Part shown: piece by piece, positions 26,366 through 36,215 of the stretch
How positions within the stretch are numbered: the stretch's first letter is position 1
How the letters are laid out: every line of letters starts with the position of its first letter
Virus record (IMG/VR): IMGVR_UViG_3300033067_001561
Span: 1-39,004 of that record
DNA: 39,004 bases
Source of the DNA: a virus
Lineage: Duplodnaviria > Caudoviricetes
Direction: 5' to 3' (one strand)
Program-made: the position numbers and the translations under genes
The notes under the pieces: model-generated
What the model was told of the DNA's origin: nothing
The model's database searches: none
What the model saw: the letters and a program-made list of their open reading frames with translations, nothing else

Positions 26366-29300
26366 ATGGATTATGCAAAGAATGTTCAGAACAATTATGA
26401 CTGGAACTATTATTTTGAGTGGATTAAAGGAATGCTTGGTGCCGCTCCGTTAAAATGGGAGCAGCCACCTGTAAGTGCAGAAACATTTATTGAGAATGCA
26501 AAATATTTAAATATAGGAGAGAATACCTTTCCAAAAGTAAAAGAAGCAACATTGAACATGACTGAAGGTAAATACCTTGAGGGCGTTATTGTTGCAGGTA
26601 TCGGCTGTATCACTGGAGATTCTTTGATTAATACCAAAGATGGCGTAATGCGTATGGACTCTATTCCAGAGGGAGCTTTTGTGCGGTCATACGATACTAA
26701 TACAAAGAAAGTATCATTCAAACAATGTAGCGGAACGATAGAGAAGGGTAAGCGTATGACTTACCTAGTTATTGTAGAACATTATGGACATATCAGAGCT
26801 ACGGACAATCATCCATTCTATACAGAAGACGGCTGGGTGCAGCTTAAAGATCTCAAGATAGGTCAAAAGGTATTTCGCTACGATAGCTTTGATGGAAAAA
26901 TAGAGCTGGTAAAAATAAAGAGTATTGAAGCTTTCAAAGAAGAGCCAGTATATGACCTGACAGTAAATGACAATCATAATTTCTTTGCTAATGATATATT
27001 AGTCCACAATAGCGGTAAATGCTTTGGACCAAAGACAAAGATTATGATGGTTGATGAGACGTTTAAAAGAGCTGATGAAATACAGGTTGGTGATGTTATC
27101 ATGGGTGATGATTGTACGCCAAGAACCGTGCTCCGCACGATGACTGGTACAGAGAAGTTCTTTGGGGTAATCCCTAGATACGGTAAGCCGTTTCTATGTA
27201 CAGCTGATCATATCCTTCCTTGTAAAAAGCCTGATGGCTCCATAGAGCATATAACAGTAAGAGATTACAAGAAGTTGAATCGTTGGGATCGTAGAGCATA
27301 TAAGATGATGAAAGCTCCTATCGAGCGACCAGATATTCCTGTGCCTATTGATCCATATTATTTTGGGCTTTGGGTATCAGCTTATGTAGGTGATGAGGTT
27401 GGAGTGCGTGTGCGTGACAAGCGTATTATTAGAGAGGTTAGATCCCTTGGTAGTGTTTATGGTGTAAACTTCATTGAGACATTACACCAGATTAAAAAAC
27501 CACTTACTATCATGACACCAGTAGCCCTTGCAGAGGGTGGGAGAAATTATATTGAGGAAACAATAAGACAGATTAAAAGATTAAAGTTTAATAATGGTAT
27601 AGCAAAAATTATTCCTAATATTTTTATAAAAAATAGTATTACGGTACGTACTAGATTGCTTGCAGGTATCCTTGATAGTGTAGGTGAAAAGAGAGAGCTT
27701 AAAGGTGACAAAAAAATGCACTGTACAAAAAGGATAATAACAATAGTCAGGAATCGTAGGTATGCTGAGCAAATCGTAGCAATAGCTCGTTCACTAGGAT
27801 TTACAGCTACTATGGCTAAGCATTCAAAAGGAATGCAACCATCGCAAAGCGACCCTACGACTATGGTTCCTAAATATGCATATCAGATAAATATCCATGG
27901 TGACTTCAGAAAGCTATGCTTATTAAATAGCGAGCTTCACTATGAAGATTCTGAGTATCAGGACATGGAAGGATTTCATGAGTTTCCATTCAAGGTATTG
28001 CATCGTCATGTTGGTAAGTTTTATGGGTTTGAAATAGACGGAAACCACAGATTCCTTATTGAGGATCAGATCGTGGCTCATAATAGCTATATCTCTCAGA
28101 TACTTGGTTCTTACGCATCGCATAAGCTTTTGTGCATGAAAGATCCTCATGACTATTATGACCTCGCTAAGGATAAGAATATTGTAATAGTAAATATGGG
28201 TACCAGTGCTGCACAGGCTAAGAACGTAGTATTTACTGGTATGTCCAACCTTATTAAAGATTCACAATTCTTTAAACAATTTAATCCTGATATATTACGT
28301 ACAGAGCTACGCTTCGATGAGCGCCGTATTGTTATCCTATCAGGTAATAGCCGAGAGACTGGACCGCTAGGTATGAATGTATACGCTGCGATTTTGGATG
28401 AGGCTGCCTTTTATCGTGACTATGAAGGTAAGGATGTGGCTGAAGCAATCTACAATACACTACAAAGACGTATCACGTCACGTTTTAAGCTTGATGGAAT
28501 GCTTGTGATGATCTCATCACCAAACTATGAGCATGACTTCATTATTGAAAAGTCAAAGGATGTAGGAAGATTATCTGAGGACGGCAAGCCAGTAAATGAC
28601 AGGCTCTACGCTATGCTCTCTCCAACATGGAGATTCCAGAAAGGATATTATGCGGATGAGTATCAGCTCCCAGAAAAACATTTCTTCTTTAACCAGATGA
28701 ATAACTCTATTGTAGAACATGGCGAGGAAGATCCAGCTGATACAGCATATATTAGGGAAGAAAATCTCTTGCGTGATAAGAAGTTTTGGCAGATACCAGT
28801 AGACTTTGAAACATCGTTTAGATCAAACCCAGAGAAGGCTAAGCGAGACTTTGCTGCGGTGCCTTCACTTACTGTAGAAGGATTCTTCTCAAACTCACGA
28901 GTGATTGATGAGATGGCTAATCCAGATCATGAGAATCCTATTAAGGAAGACGGCTCATATGAGTTCCCAGTCCCTTACAGACTTCCTCATTATATCCACT
29001 TGGACCTTGCGCTTAACAAAGGTGGGCGTGGCGACTTTGCTGGGTTTTGTTTCCCAGCTGGTACAAAGGTGACTATGGCTAATGGAACGCAAAAGAGCAT
29101 TGAGAAGATACAGATACATGAAGAAGTGCTTACACATACACTAAAGAAACGTCAGGTGACTGAGCTACATTTTCGACCATATACAGGAACAATGTATACA
29201 ATCACTACAGCTGATACAAAATCAGTTCGATGTACTTCAGAGCATCCGTTTGCAGTAATTAAATCCAAAGGTATTGAGTGGATCGAAGCGAGTAAGCTTA

Positions 29301-31219
29301 AAGAAGGAATGACGCTCGTTACATTCAATGGCAAGACCTATGACCATGTGAAGCTAGAGGATATTGGCAGAGAGGAAGCTATAAAGGTTCCAGTATGGAA
29401 CTTAGGTGTAAAAACAGACAATACCTACATAGCTAATAATATCCTTGTTCATAACTGTATGGTTCATATAGATGGATGGGAACAGGATGAAAATACACTA
29501 GAGTACTACCCTAAAATATATGTAGATCTCATTGAGCGTATTGGTCATGATGAGACAGGTGAAATTAACTTTGAGAAGATCAGACAAAAAATATATGACT
29601 TACAAGATAGCGGATTTATGATCAAGACAGTATCAGTAGATGGATTCCAGTGTGTAACTGGAGATACCATCGTTATGATGTCTAACTTTAAAAAGAAGAA
29701 GATTGAAGATATTAAAGTTGGAGAATCAGTACGAAGTAGAACAATAGACGGTGAATATAAAGAAAACAAGGTAAAACGTATCTGGAGTACCAAAGACCAG
29801 GAAGTTGTACGAGTTTGGCTCGAACATGACAAATATATAGATTGTACAAAGCAACACGCTTTCCTAATGCGTGACGGAACGTATTCTCCAGTGGAAAGTA
29901 TGTCCGTAGGTGATGAGCTTACAACTATATTTGCTGGGGTGTATTGGAGAATTGTATGTATTGACACAATCCCTGAAAAGAAAACTGTTTGGGATATGGA
30001 ATTGGAAGCTCCACATAACTTTGTCACAGGAGTTGGTGTAATAGCTCATAATAGTGCAGATATGCAGCAGATACTCAAGTCAAAAGGAATTAATACTGAG
30101 TATGTATCAGCTGATAGAACATTAGAGCCATATATGACCTTAAAGACGGTGATCAATATGAAACGATTAGATATTTACAAATATCCTCCACTAGAACACG
30201 AGCTAAAACAGCTTGAATTAGTCAAGGGGAAGAAGGTGGATCATCCAAAGTCAGGGTGTTTCACGGGAGATACAAGGGTAGCATTACTAGATGGGACTAA
30301 TCCTACTTTTGAAGAATTATATGAAAGATATGGAGAAACAGAAAAATTCTCTGTATATAGTATGTCTCCACAAGGTGTAGTACATGCTTATGGTAGAAAC
30401 CCAAGGGTCACAAAAGTTTCAGAGCAGCTTCTAGAAATAACGCTAGATAATTATCAGGTTATACAATGTACCCCAGAGCATTTATTTATGACCTTAACTG
30501 GTGAATGGATAGAAGCAAAAGATCTTACAACTAGTGTAAGTATTATGCCTCTATATCGTTCTTCTCCTCATAGAGGAGGTTGGGCTGATTATGAGCGGAT
30601 AGCTTGTCCAATAAGAAATGAACGTGTAATGACTCATCATTTAGTTGCAAATAGTATTTTTGGAGAAATAGGTGAGGGCAACATAGTTCATCATATTGAT
30701 GGCAATAAGCTTAATAATTCTCCAGAGAACCTTGAGATTATGGATAGATCAAAGCATGCATCTTATCATACTTCTAATAGATATAATACAGATCTAGCTT
30801 GGGTTGAAAAATTAAGAAGTGGACATAAAAAATATAGAGAAAATGGAGGTAATGAAAAGAGCAGAGAAAATATACTGAAGTTAATAAAAGAAGGTAAATT
30901 AGCAAAAAGTTCTAAGCAATGTTCTATCTATGGATGTGCTTCAGATATGTTTCTAGATAATTTATGTCTTGAACATTACGATACCATGGATTCTATAAAG
31001 CTAAAAATAAAAAGCGGTAAATTACATAATCATAGAATAATAAGCAAGAAGACCATAGACAAGCAGGTGCCTGTATGGGACATAACTGTAGATGGATATG
31101 AGAACTTTGCGTTAACTTCTGGAGTATTTGTACATAACTCAAAAGATCTTGCTGATAGTTTGAGTTGTAGTATTTACACAGCCATCAAGGACAACATGCA
31201 AGGAGCTGGTTGGATATAA
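26366..31219 (+). CDS. terL: Terminase large subunit precursor with five inteins (1617 aa; about 563 aa after splicing)
   Basis: Spliced motifs AGIGSGKS (Walker A), AILDEAA (Walker B), ISSP, HLDLA, DGFQS, KVDHPKSGSKDLAD; start ATG 26366 or TTG 26354. Confidence 0.93.
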   Translation: MDYAKNVQNNYDWNYYFEWIKGMLGAAPLKWEQPPVSAETFIENAKYLNIGENTFPKVKEATLNMTEGKYLEGVIVAGIGCITGDSLINTKDGVMRMDSIPEGAFVRSYDTNTKKVSFKQCSGTIEKGKRMTYLVIVEHYGHIRATDNHPFYTEDGWVQLKDLKIGQKVFRYDSFDGKIELVKIKSIEAFKEEPVYDLTVNDNHNFFANDILVHNSGKCFGPKTKIMMVDETFKRADEIQVGDVIMGDDCTPRTVLRTMTGTEKFFGVIPRYGKPFLCTADHILPCKKPDGSIEHITVRDYKKLNRWDRRAYKMMKAPIERPDIPVPIDPYYFGLWVSAYVGDEVGVRVRDKRIIREVRSLGSVYGVNFIETLHQIKKPLTIMTPVALAEGGRNYIEETIRQIKRLKFNNGIAKIIPNIFIKNSITVRTRLLAGILDSVGEKRELKGDKKMHCTKRIITIVRNRRYAEQIVAIARSLGFTATMAKHSKGMQPSQSDPTTMVPKYAYQINIHGDFRKLCLLNSELHYEDSEYQDMEGFHEFPFKVLHRHVGKFYGFEIDGNHRFLIEDQIVAHNSYISQILGSYASHKLLCMKDPHDYYDLAKDKNIVIVNMGTSAAQAKNVVFTGMSNLIKDSQFFKQFNPDILRTELRFDERRIVILSGNSRETGPLGMNVYAAILDEAAFYRDYEGKDVAEAIYNTLQRRITSRFKLDGMLVMISSPNYEHDFIIEKSKDVGRLSEDGKPVNDRLYAMLSPTWRFQKGYYADEYQLPEKHFFFNQMNNSIVEHGEEDPADTAYIREENLLRDKKFWQIPVDFETSFRSNPEKAKRDFAAVPSLTVEGFFSNSRVIDEMANPDHENPIKEDGSYEFPVPYRLPHYIHLDLALNKGGRGDFAGFCFPAGTKVTMANGTQKSIEKIQIHEEVLTHTLKKRQVTELHFRPYTGTMYTITTADTKSVRCTSEHPFAVIKSKGIEWIEASKLKEGMTLVTFNGKTYDHVKLEDIGREEAIKVPVWNLGVKTDNTYIANNILVHNCMVHIDGWEQDENTLEYYPKIYVDLIERIGHDETGEINFEKIRQKIYDLQDSGFMIKTVSVDGFQCVTGDTIVMMSNFKKKKIEDIKVGESVRSRTIDGEYKENKVKRIWSTKDQEVVRVWLEHDKYIDCTKQHAFLMRDGTYSPVESMSVGDELTTIFAGVYWRIVCIDTIPEKKTVWDMELEAPHNFVTGVGVIAHNSADMQQILKSKGINTEYVSADRTLEPYMTLKTVINMKRLDIYKYPPLEHELKQLELVKGKKVDHPKSGCFTGDTRVALLDGTNPTFEELYERYGETEKFSVYSMSPQGVVHAYGRNPRVTKVSEQLLEITLDNYQVIQCTPEHLFMTLTGEWIEAKDLTTSVSIMPLYRSSPHRGGWADYERIACPIRNERVMTHHLVANSIFGEIGEGNIVHHIDGNKLNNSPENLEIMDRSKHASYHTSNRYNTDLAWVEKLRSGHKKYRENGGNEKSRENILKLIKEGKLAKSSKQCSIYGCASDMFLDNLCLEHYDTMDSIKLKIKSGKLHNHRIISKKTIDKQVPVWDITVDGYENFALTSGVFVHNSKDLADSLSCSIYTAIKDNMQGAGWI
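26606..27010 (+). mobile_element. TerL intein 1, mini-intein (135 aa)
   Basis: CITGDS...ATDNHPF...VYDLTV...LVHN|S. Confidence 0.95.
27020..28084 (+). mobile_element. TerL intein 2 with degenerate LAGLIDADG domain (355 aa)
   Basis: CFGPKT...CTADH...PYYFGLWVSA...LLAGILDSVG...YGFEIDG...VAHN|S. Confidence 0.95.
29048..29455 (+). mobile_element. TerL intein 3, mini-intein (136 aa)
   Basis: CFPAGT...CTSEHPF...VWNLGV...LVHN|C. Confidence 0.95.
29651..30052 (+). mobile_element. TerL intein 4, mini-intein (134 aa)
   Basis: CVTGDT...CTKQHAF...VWDMEL..PHNF...IAHN|S. Confidence 0.95.
30257..31138 (+). mobile_element. TerL intein 5 with HNH endonuclease (294 aa)
   Basis: CFTGDT...CTPEH...IVHHIDGNKLNNSPENL...VWDITV...FVHN|S. 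Confidence 0.95.
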
Positions 31220-31266
31220 TACATTAACAGTTTATCAAAAACGATTTATAATATAATAGTAAACTT

Positions 31267-31722
31267 ATGGCAACTGAAAAGAAATCAATTTTAACGGAAG
31301 AGGAAATAGCAGCGATGAATGAGGAATATATTGCATTAAATATGGAAGCAGAGAAGACGGCAGAGCTACAACTAAGAAAGGATCAGGGGGCTCCAATTTA
31401 TGAGGAAAGGTCAAGAGCTAGTAGGGAGTTCGGATCTCAGGTCACGACTCCTCCAGATGGGACAAATGTTGTTGTATATTTCACACCATTCCCAGTTGGC
31501 TCGTTCTCTCAGCCTAATGTGATTGGTCAGGCTGTTATTGAATTAACTGTCCATACTACAAAAATTACTATGCGGAATGTACATGTTACTAAGGTAAACG
31601 GTACAATTGGGGTAGTATTTCCTAGTGCAGTCTCTCTTAATGGGCAGTCTGTACAGCCTATGCTAGAAATAACAGGACCTATATTGAACATTATTAAGCA
31701 GAAGATATACGCAAGAATTTAA
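31267..31722 (+). CDS. Hypothetical protein with SpoVG-like C-terminal domain
   Basis: GQAVIEL...ITMRNVHV.KVNG.IGVVFPS...I...I. Confidence 0.45.
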   Translation: MATEKKSILTEEEIAAMNEEYIALNMEAEKTAELQLRKDQGAPIYEERSRASREFGSQVTTPPDGTNVVVYFTPFPVGSFSQPNVIGQAVIELTVHTTKITMRNVHVTKVNGTIGVVFPSAVSLNGQSVQPMLEITGPILNIIKQKIYARI

Positions 31723-31743
31723 TTTTTAGAATAGAAATAGAAA

Positions 31744-32304
31744 ATGTTGAATGCACTAAACTTGACATCCATACCAGTAAACGTAACTCCAGTACAATTG
31801 GAGGCTAGAATTGTCACCTTAGCTGGTGCTGGTAAATACAATAGAATACATTTTGATGAAACTGATAGTAGCTGGGCTAACTTCCAAGCATCTACAGCAT
31901 TCCACACAGGCATAACCTATCCTGCGAGTGCTACTGCGAACGATAGCTATGTAGTGACTTTGCCTTCTGGTATTAGCGCATACACGGCTCATCAGCGATA
32001 TTCATTTATAGCTGATACAAATAACACTGGAGCTTGCTCCGTGAACTTCAATGGTATTGGCGTAAAGGCAATTACAGATGTAGCTGGGGCTAACCTTGCT
32101 AATGCAACCATCAAAGCTAACTTTGTAGTCACTGTAGAATACGATGGAACAAATATGGTATTTATACGTATTGAATCTAAGAAGGATGTAGCTACTAGGG
32201 CTCCTCTCCGATTTCAATCTACCACACAAGGCTGGGTACAAATTATAAATTCTATTAAATCATTAGAGCAGATTTACCATGCAACACCATTCCCTAAAGT
32301 CTAA
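31744..32304 (+). CDS. Virion-associated protein containing a fibre-type domain
   Basis: An 80-aa segment aligns without gaps to the N-terminal domain of 1722-3008. Confidence 0.7.
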   Translation: MLNALNLTSIPVNVTPVQLEARIVTLAGAGKYNRIHFDETDSSWANFQASTAFHTGITYPASATANDSYVVTLPSGISAYTAHQRYSFIADTNNTGACSVNFNGIGVKAITDVAGANLANATIKANFVVTVEYDGTNMVFIRIESKKDVATRAPLRFQSTTQGWVQIINSIKSLEQIYHATPFPKV

Positions 32305-32305
32305 T

Positions 32306-32737
32306 ATGCTTCCTAGCCCTTGGTCAATTCCTGCGGATTCATACAGGCAATTTGCAAAGCTTGATAAACGTGTTAAGGAGACTAATAAACTCAAACAAAA
32401 CATAAGCTACAGCGATAGTGTGGTTGCAGACCGTGCTTCAGAAGATAAAGCAATGATGGACGCATGGTTTGCTAGCGTTATCGAGCTTATGATTGTAGCT
32501 GGGCTAGACATGGAGAATGATAATATTGGGGCATTATTTGTAGATAGAAAGCGTAAGCAAATAGTATTTATAGATGAGTACGATGCATTTATGGATACTA
32601 TTAGCGACAAGCCTAAAGACGTACAGGAGATTGCCAAGGCTACGCTTGCTATCAATCTAAAGCACGTAGAGCCAAGCGATATGGTAAAAGATCAAATGAT
32701 TGAAGATATATTTAAGGGTCGGGTAAAAGTTATTTAA
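32306..32737 (+). CDS. Hypothetical protein
   Basis: ATG 1 nt after the previous stop. Confidence 0.7.
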   Translation: MLPSPWSIPADSYRQFAKLDKRVKETNKLKQNISYSDSVVADRASEDKAMMDAWFASVIELMIVAGLDMENDNIGALFVDRKRKQIVFIDEYDAFMDTISDKPKDVQEIAKATLAINLKHVEPSDMVKDQMIEDIFKGRVKVI

Positions 32738-32750
32738 TAGTATATATAAT

Positions 32751-33131
32751 ATGGTTCTAGAAAAAGAATTTGAAGATATGAGCAAGGAAGAGATAGAAAA
32801 ATTCCTCAGGAATGCACCTATGGGTTTGGTTCAGCATTATTATGACTGGAAGCTCGTTCAGGCTCGTAAGAATAAGCTCGGAACATTCACTTGCCCTAAA
32901 CATGGTGGAGTAAATCAGGTATATGTACAGGATAATGTACAGCCCCTATGCCCTCAGTGCGATGCAGTTATGGAGCCTATTACCGTACAGACACAAGTGC
33001 TCACTACACTAGCTGAAACCGTGTGCGTACCTAAGTATTATAATACCGATGGAAGCCCTGTGAAGTTTGGTCCAAAAATATACGTATCACGAAGAGCGAA
33101 TGAAACAGTAGGAAAGAAAGAAGCACGTTAG
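32751..33131 (+). CDS. Zinc-ribbon hypothetical protein
   Basis: CPKH...CPQC. Confidence 0.7.
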   Translation: MVLEKEFEDMSKEEIEKFLRNAPMGLVQHYYDWKLVQARKNKLGTFTCPKHGGVNQVYVQDNVQPLCPQCDAVMEPITVQTQVLTTLAETVCVPKYYNTDGSPVKFGPKIYVSRRANETVGKKEAR

Positions 33132-33184
33132 GACAAAAGATGTTTTTATAGTATACTTATAGCGTAATATTTATTTTTAGAAAT

Positions 33185-34495
33185 ATGGCAAGCTTTTTTG
33201 AAAGAATGAAGAATGTGTTTGTAAAGGCTGCGAAACCAGAGCCTCTACCACCAAAGTCTGTTGCATGGTCAAACAATTTTCGTGGTGTAGCAAATCCACA
33301 GTTAGGAATACCAAAAGAAAATTCTGGAGTATCGTTTTTAACACTCCGCAGAATATCATATATTGATCCAATTGTACGTAACTGTATTAATATTATTAAG
33401 AAGGAAGTAAGCCAGTCTCCATGGAAGATTATCAAAGATCCTCTCGCTACAAAGCTAGACGATGGGGAATTTAAGGCTGCTCATGAATTTTTCCGCTATC
33501 TTAATATAGATGGTGAAAATATGCGTATGCTACTTGATAGAACTGTAGAAGATCTATTAGCACTCGATGCTGGTGTATGGGAGCTAATACCTAACTCCAA
33601 AGGTGAGATTGTAGCACTCAATAGTGTAGATGCTGCAAGTATTAGATTCAAGATAAACAATAAAGGTGAGCAACTATCCTACGTACAAGTTATTGATGGT
33701 AGAAATGTAGCTGACTTTGAAAGCGATGAGCTCATCTATATGATGATGAACCCTCAGAATAATGTACAGCGCTATCCTTATGGAATGAGCCCTATTGAAG
33801 GTATCCTATTGGCTATTCAATCTAGTCTTAATGCGGATCTTCATAATGCTAATATGTTTGCTGCGGATAATGTTCCATCAGGAATATTGAACCTTGGTAA
33901 TATCCACGAACACGAAGCTGAGGCAATCAAGGCTCTTTGGGATTCTCAAGTTATCGGTAATACACAAGGACTAAAGTTCATGTTTGGACCAGAGAAAGTT
34001 GATTTCTTGGACTTCAAACGATCTAATAAGGACATGCAATATATCCAATACCTTGACCGTATCACTCGTATTATATTAGCTTCCTTTGGACTTTCTTCTA
34101 TAGACTTGAATATTATTCAGGATACTAATAGATCTACTTCCATAGCACAGCAAAAGCTTTCTAATAGCCGTGGTGTTATGACCGTTCGTCATATCATTGA
34201 AGAGACCATCAACACAAGATTATTTCGGGCTATGGGATTTAAAACCATATCTTTTGAGTTTGATAAGATGGTAGATCTTGCAGAGCGTAAGATGCAAGCT
34301 GAGATAGATAAGATCTATGTATCAGATATAGGAGCATTGAGTATTAATGAGATTAGAGAGCGTGACGGATTCGATCTCCTTGATGACGAGTCCAACGAGC
34401 TAAATGCTATTGAGGAAGAGGATGAAATGACACAGAAGGTAGAAGATAATTCTACAACCACAAAGAAATCATCTTATCCATTACTCTATAAGTAA
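33185..34495 (+). CDS. Portal protein
   Basis: 436 aa; YGMSPIE, PSGIL, DMQY, I...FGL, SINEIRERDG; located between terL and MuF. Confidence 0.92.
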   Translation: MASFFERMKNVFVKAAKPEPLPPKSVAWSNNFRGVANPQLGIPKENSGVSFLTLRRISYIDPIVRNCINIIKKEVSQSPWKIIKDPLATKLDDGEFKAAHEFFRYLNIDGENMRMLLDRTVEDLLALDAGVWELIPNSKGEIVALNSVDAASIRFKINNKGEQLSYVQVIDGRNVADFESDELIYMMMNPQNNVQRYPYGMSPIEGILLAIQSSLNADLHNANMFAADNVPSGILNLGNIHEHEAEAIKALWDSQVIGNTQGLKFMFGPEKVDFLDFKRSNKDMQYIQYLDRITRIILASFGLSSIDLNIIQDTNRSTSIAQQKLSNSRGVMTVRHIIEETINTRLFRAMGFKTISFEFDKMVDLAERKMQAEIDKIYVSDIGALSINEIRERDGFDLLDDESNELNAIEEEDEMTQKVEDNSTTTKKSSYPLLYK

Positions 34496-34497
34496 TC

Positions 34498-36168
34498 ATG
34501 TATTTCTTCCATAATACGCAGTTAAAATACATTGAGAAAGGAAAGCAGTTCAAGCATCTCAAAGCAGAGCTTGAACGGCTTTTTTATCATCAATGGGAGG
34601 ATGTAATAACCTCAGGTATTATTAATGAAGTGGAAGAGCTTATAAAAAAGAAACATTTACCTGTAAAGACTATGGGTAAAATACGCAAAGCCGTGAAGCA
34701 GGAGGAGGTTCTACCTATAAATGATGAAGGTGTCACGGAGCTCAAGCATCGTAAGGCATTGTATGCAGCGATCTTGTTGCTTGTGAAGAAATACCTTAAA
34801 CAAGGAAGGAAATACTTTGACATAGTAGCTACTTTAAAAAAATCATTAAAGTATTTTGCTACTAAAGGAGGACAGCAAATACTAGATCAAATATCAGATG
34901 CTACCAATACACGTCCAAAGACTTTTTTCCTGGAGAATAAAGCTGAGATTAAAAAGCTTGATGACCGTGCTGATGGCTTGGTGCCTTCTTTAGACAAAAC
35001 TACAGAGAAGGAGCTTGCCAAGGCTATCCTGAGCTCGTTTGAAAAAGAGAAGACTAAGAAGCAGGTAATCCAGAACCTATTAAAGGTTGGTCTTACATTA
35101 GCTGCGCTGCGTGCTGCTCGTGTTGCTATTACAGAGGCAGCAAGTGCGTATGAGCATACAAGACAAGTCACTTCAAAGCTCAATGGAGTAGAGACAAAGA
35201 CTTGGCTTACCGCTAATGATGACAAGACGTGTGATGTATGTGGTGGGAATAATTTTCAAACTGTGGGTATTGATGAACCATTTAGTAGCGGTGTGGACTC
35301 CACGCCACAGCATGTTCGATGTCGGTGTACTATATCGTATGGTATTGGCTCGATTGATATTGATACAGGCGAATATTCAAAGTCATTCAATCCTAATCCT
35401 CACGCTCATTATAAAACTGGTGATGTTAAAAAGTCATTACAGCTCATCAACCCAAATGCGCTTTGGATAGGTGGTACTAGCCTTGTAGGGTCGGATAGAT
35501 CAATTGGTGCATTGGCAATGAGGTTAAACCTCACTCTTGCAGCAAAGTCTCTTCTTAATGAAGACTTCTATGGTACTATGTATCTTGATAAGATTGTAAA
35601 GGAATGGAAGGATGCGTATATGGAGTCAAAAACAGATACAGTAAGCTCTCTAAGCGCATTGTATACAGAAGATGAAGTAGTACTCATTGAGGCTCGCTTC
35701 GAGCTTACACAGCTCGGTTTTATACAGCTTTTATTAGTGAAAGGCTATAATATGCTCGATAATGATGCAGTATATAAGATGTATGATGCATTACCCTATG
35801 ATGATATACAGCGTAGATATGCACAGCATATGGTTTATGATCTCTCTTTAGAAGGACGATATAACCTATCTAATACTAGTATCAGTATAGATCTACAACA
35901 GTATAACGTAGACTATAGCTTGTATGAAACAAAAGAAATTCCAGTAAAGAGTATATCAGCTAATATAGGAATGGTAGATGTACAAAGACTTATTAGCGTT
36001 ATGGATAATTTTCGTGAAGCACAAAGGAGAGCTGGAGATGCTATCAACGTAGTGGAGCGAGGTGAAGGTGTCTATACTATGGTTGGAGATGGTCTCCATA
36101 GATTTGTGGCAGCACATCAACTTGGTATCGAAACAATTAATGCCAATATATATCAGCTTGTAAAATAA
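34498..36168 (+). CDS. MuF (Mu gpF / SPP1 gp7-like) head protein with C-terminal ParB/Srx-like domain
   Basis: RA.RVAITE, KTWLTA.D..TCDVC, PQHVRCRC; C-terminal GDGLHRFVAA..LG...I.A. Confidence 0.88.
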   Translation: MYFFHNTQLKYIEKGKQFKHLKAELERLFYHQWEDVITSGIINEVEELIKKKHLPVKTMGKIRKAVKQEEVLPINDEGVTELKHRKALYAAILLLVKKYLKQGRKYFDIVATLKKSLKYFATKGGQQILDQISDATNTRPKTFFLENKAEIKKLDDRADGLVPSLDKTTEKELAKAILSSFEKEKTKKQVIQNLLKVGLTLAALRAARVAITEAASAYEHTRQVTSKLNGVETKTWLTANDDKTCDVCGGNNFQTVGIDEPFSSGVDSTPQHVRCRCTISYGIGSIDIDTGEYSKSFNPNPHAHYKTGDVKKSLQLINPNALWIGGTSLVGSDRSIGALAMRLNLTLAAKSLLNEDFYGTMYLDKIVKEWKDAYMESKTDTVSSLSALYTEDEVVLIEARFELTQLGFIQLLLVKGYNMLDNDAVYKMYDALPYDDIQRRYAQHMVYDLSLEGRYNLSNTSISIDLQQYNVDYSLYETKEIPVKSISANIGMVDVQRLISVMDNFREAQRRAGDAINVVERGEGVYTMVGDGLHRFVAAHQLGIETINANIYQLVK

Positions 36169-36215
36169 TAAATCATGAGGTAGCTTATGGTAGTATTATT
36201 ACTTACCTACTACCC

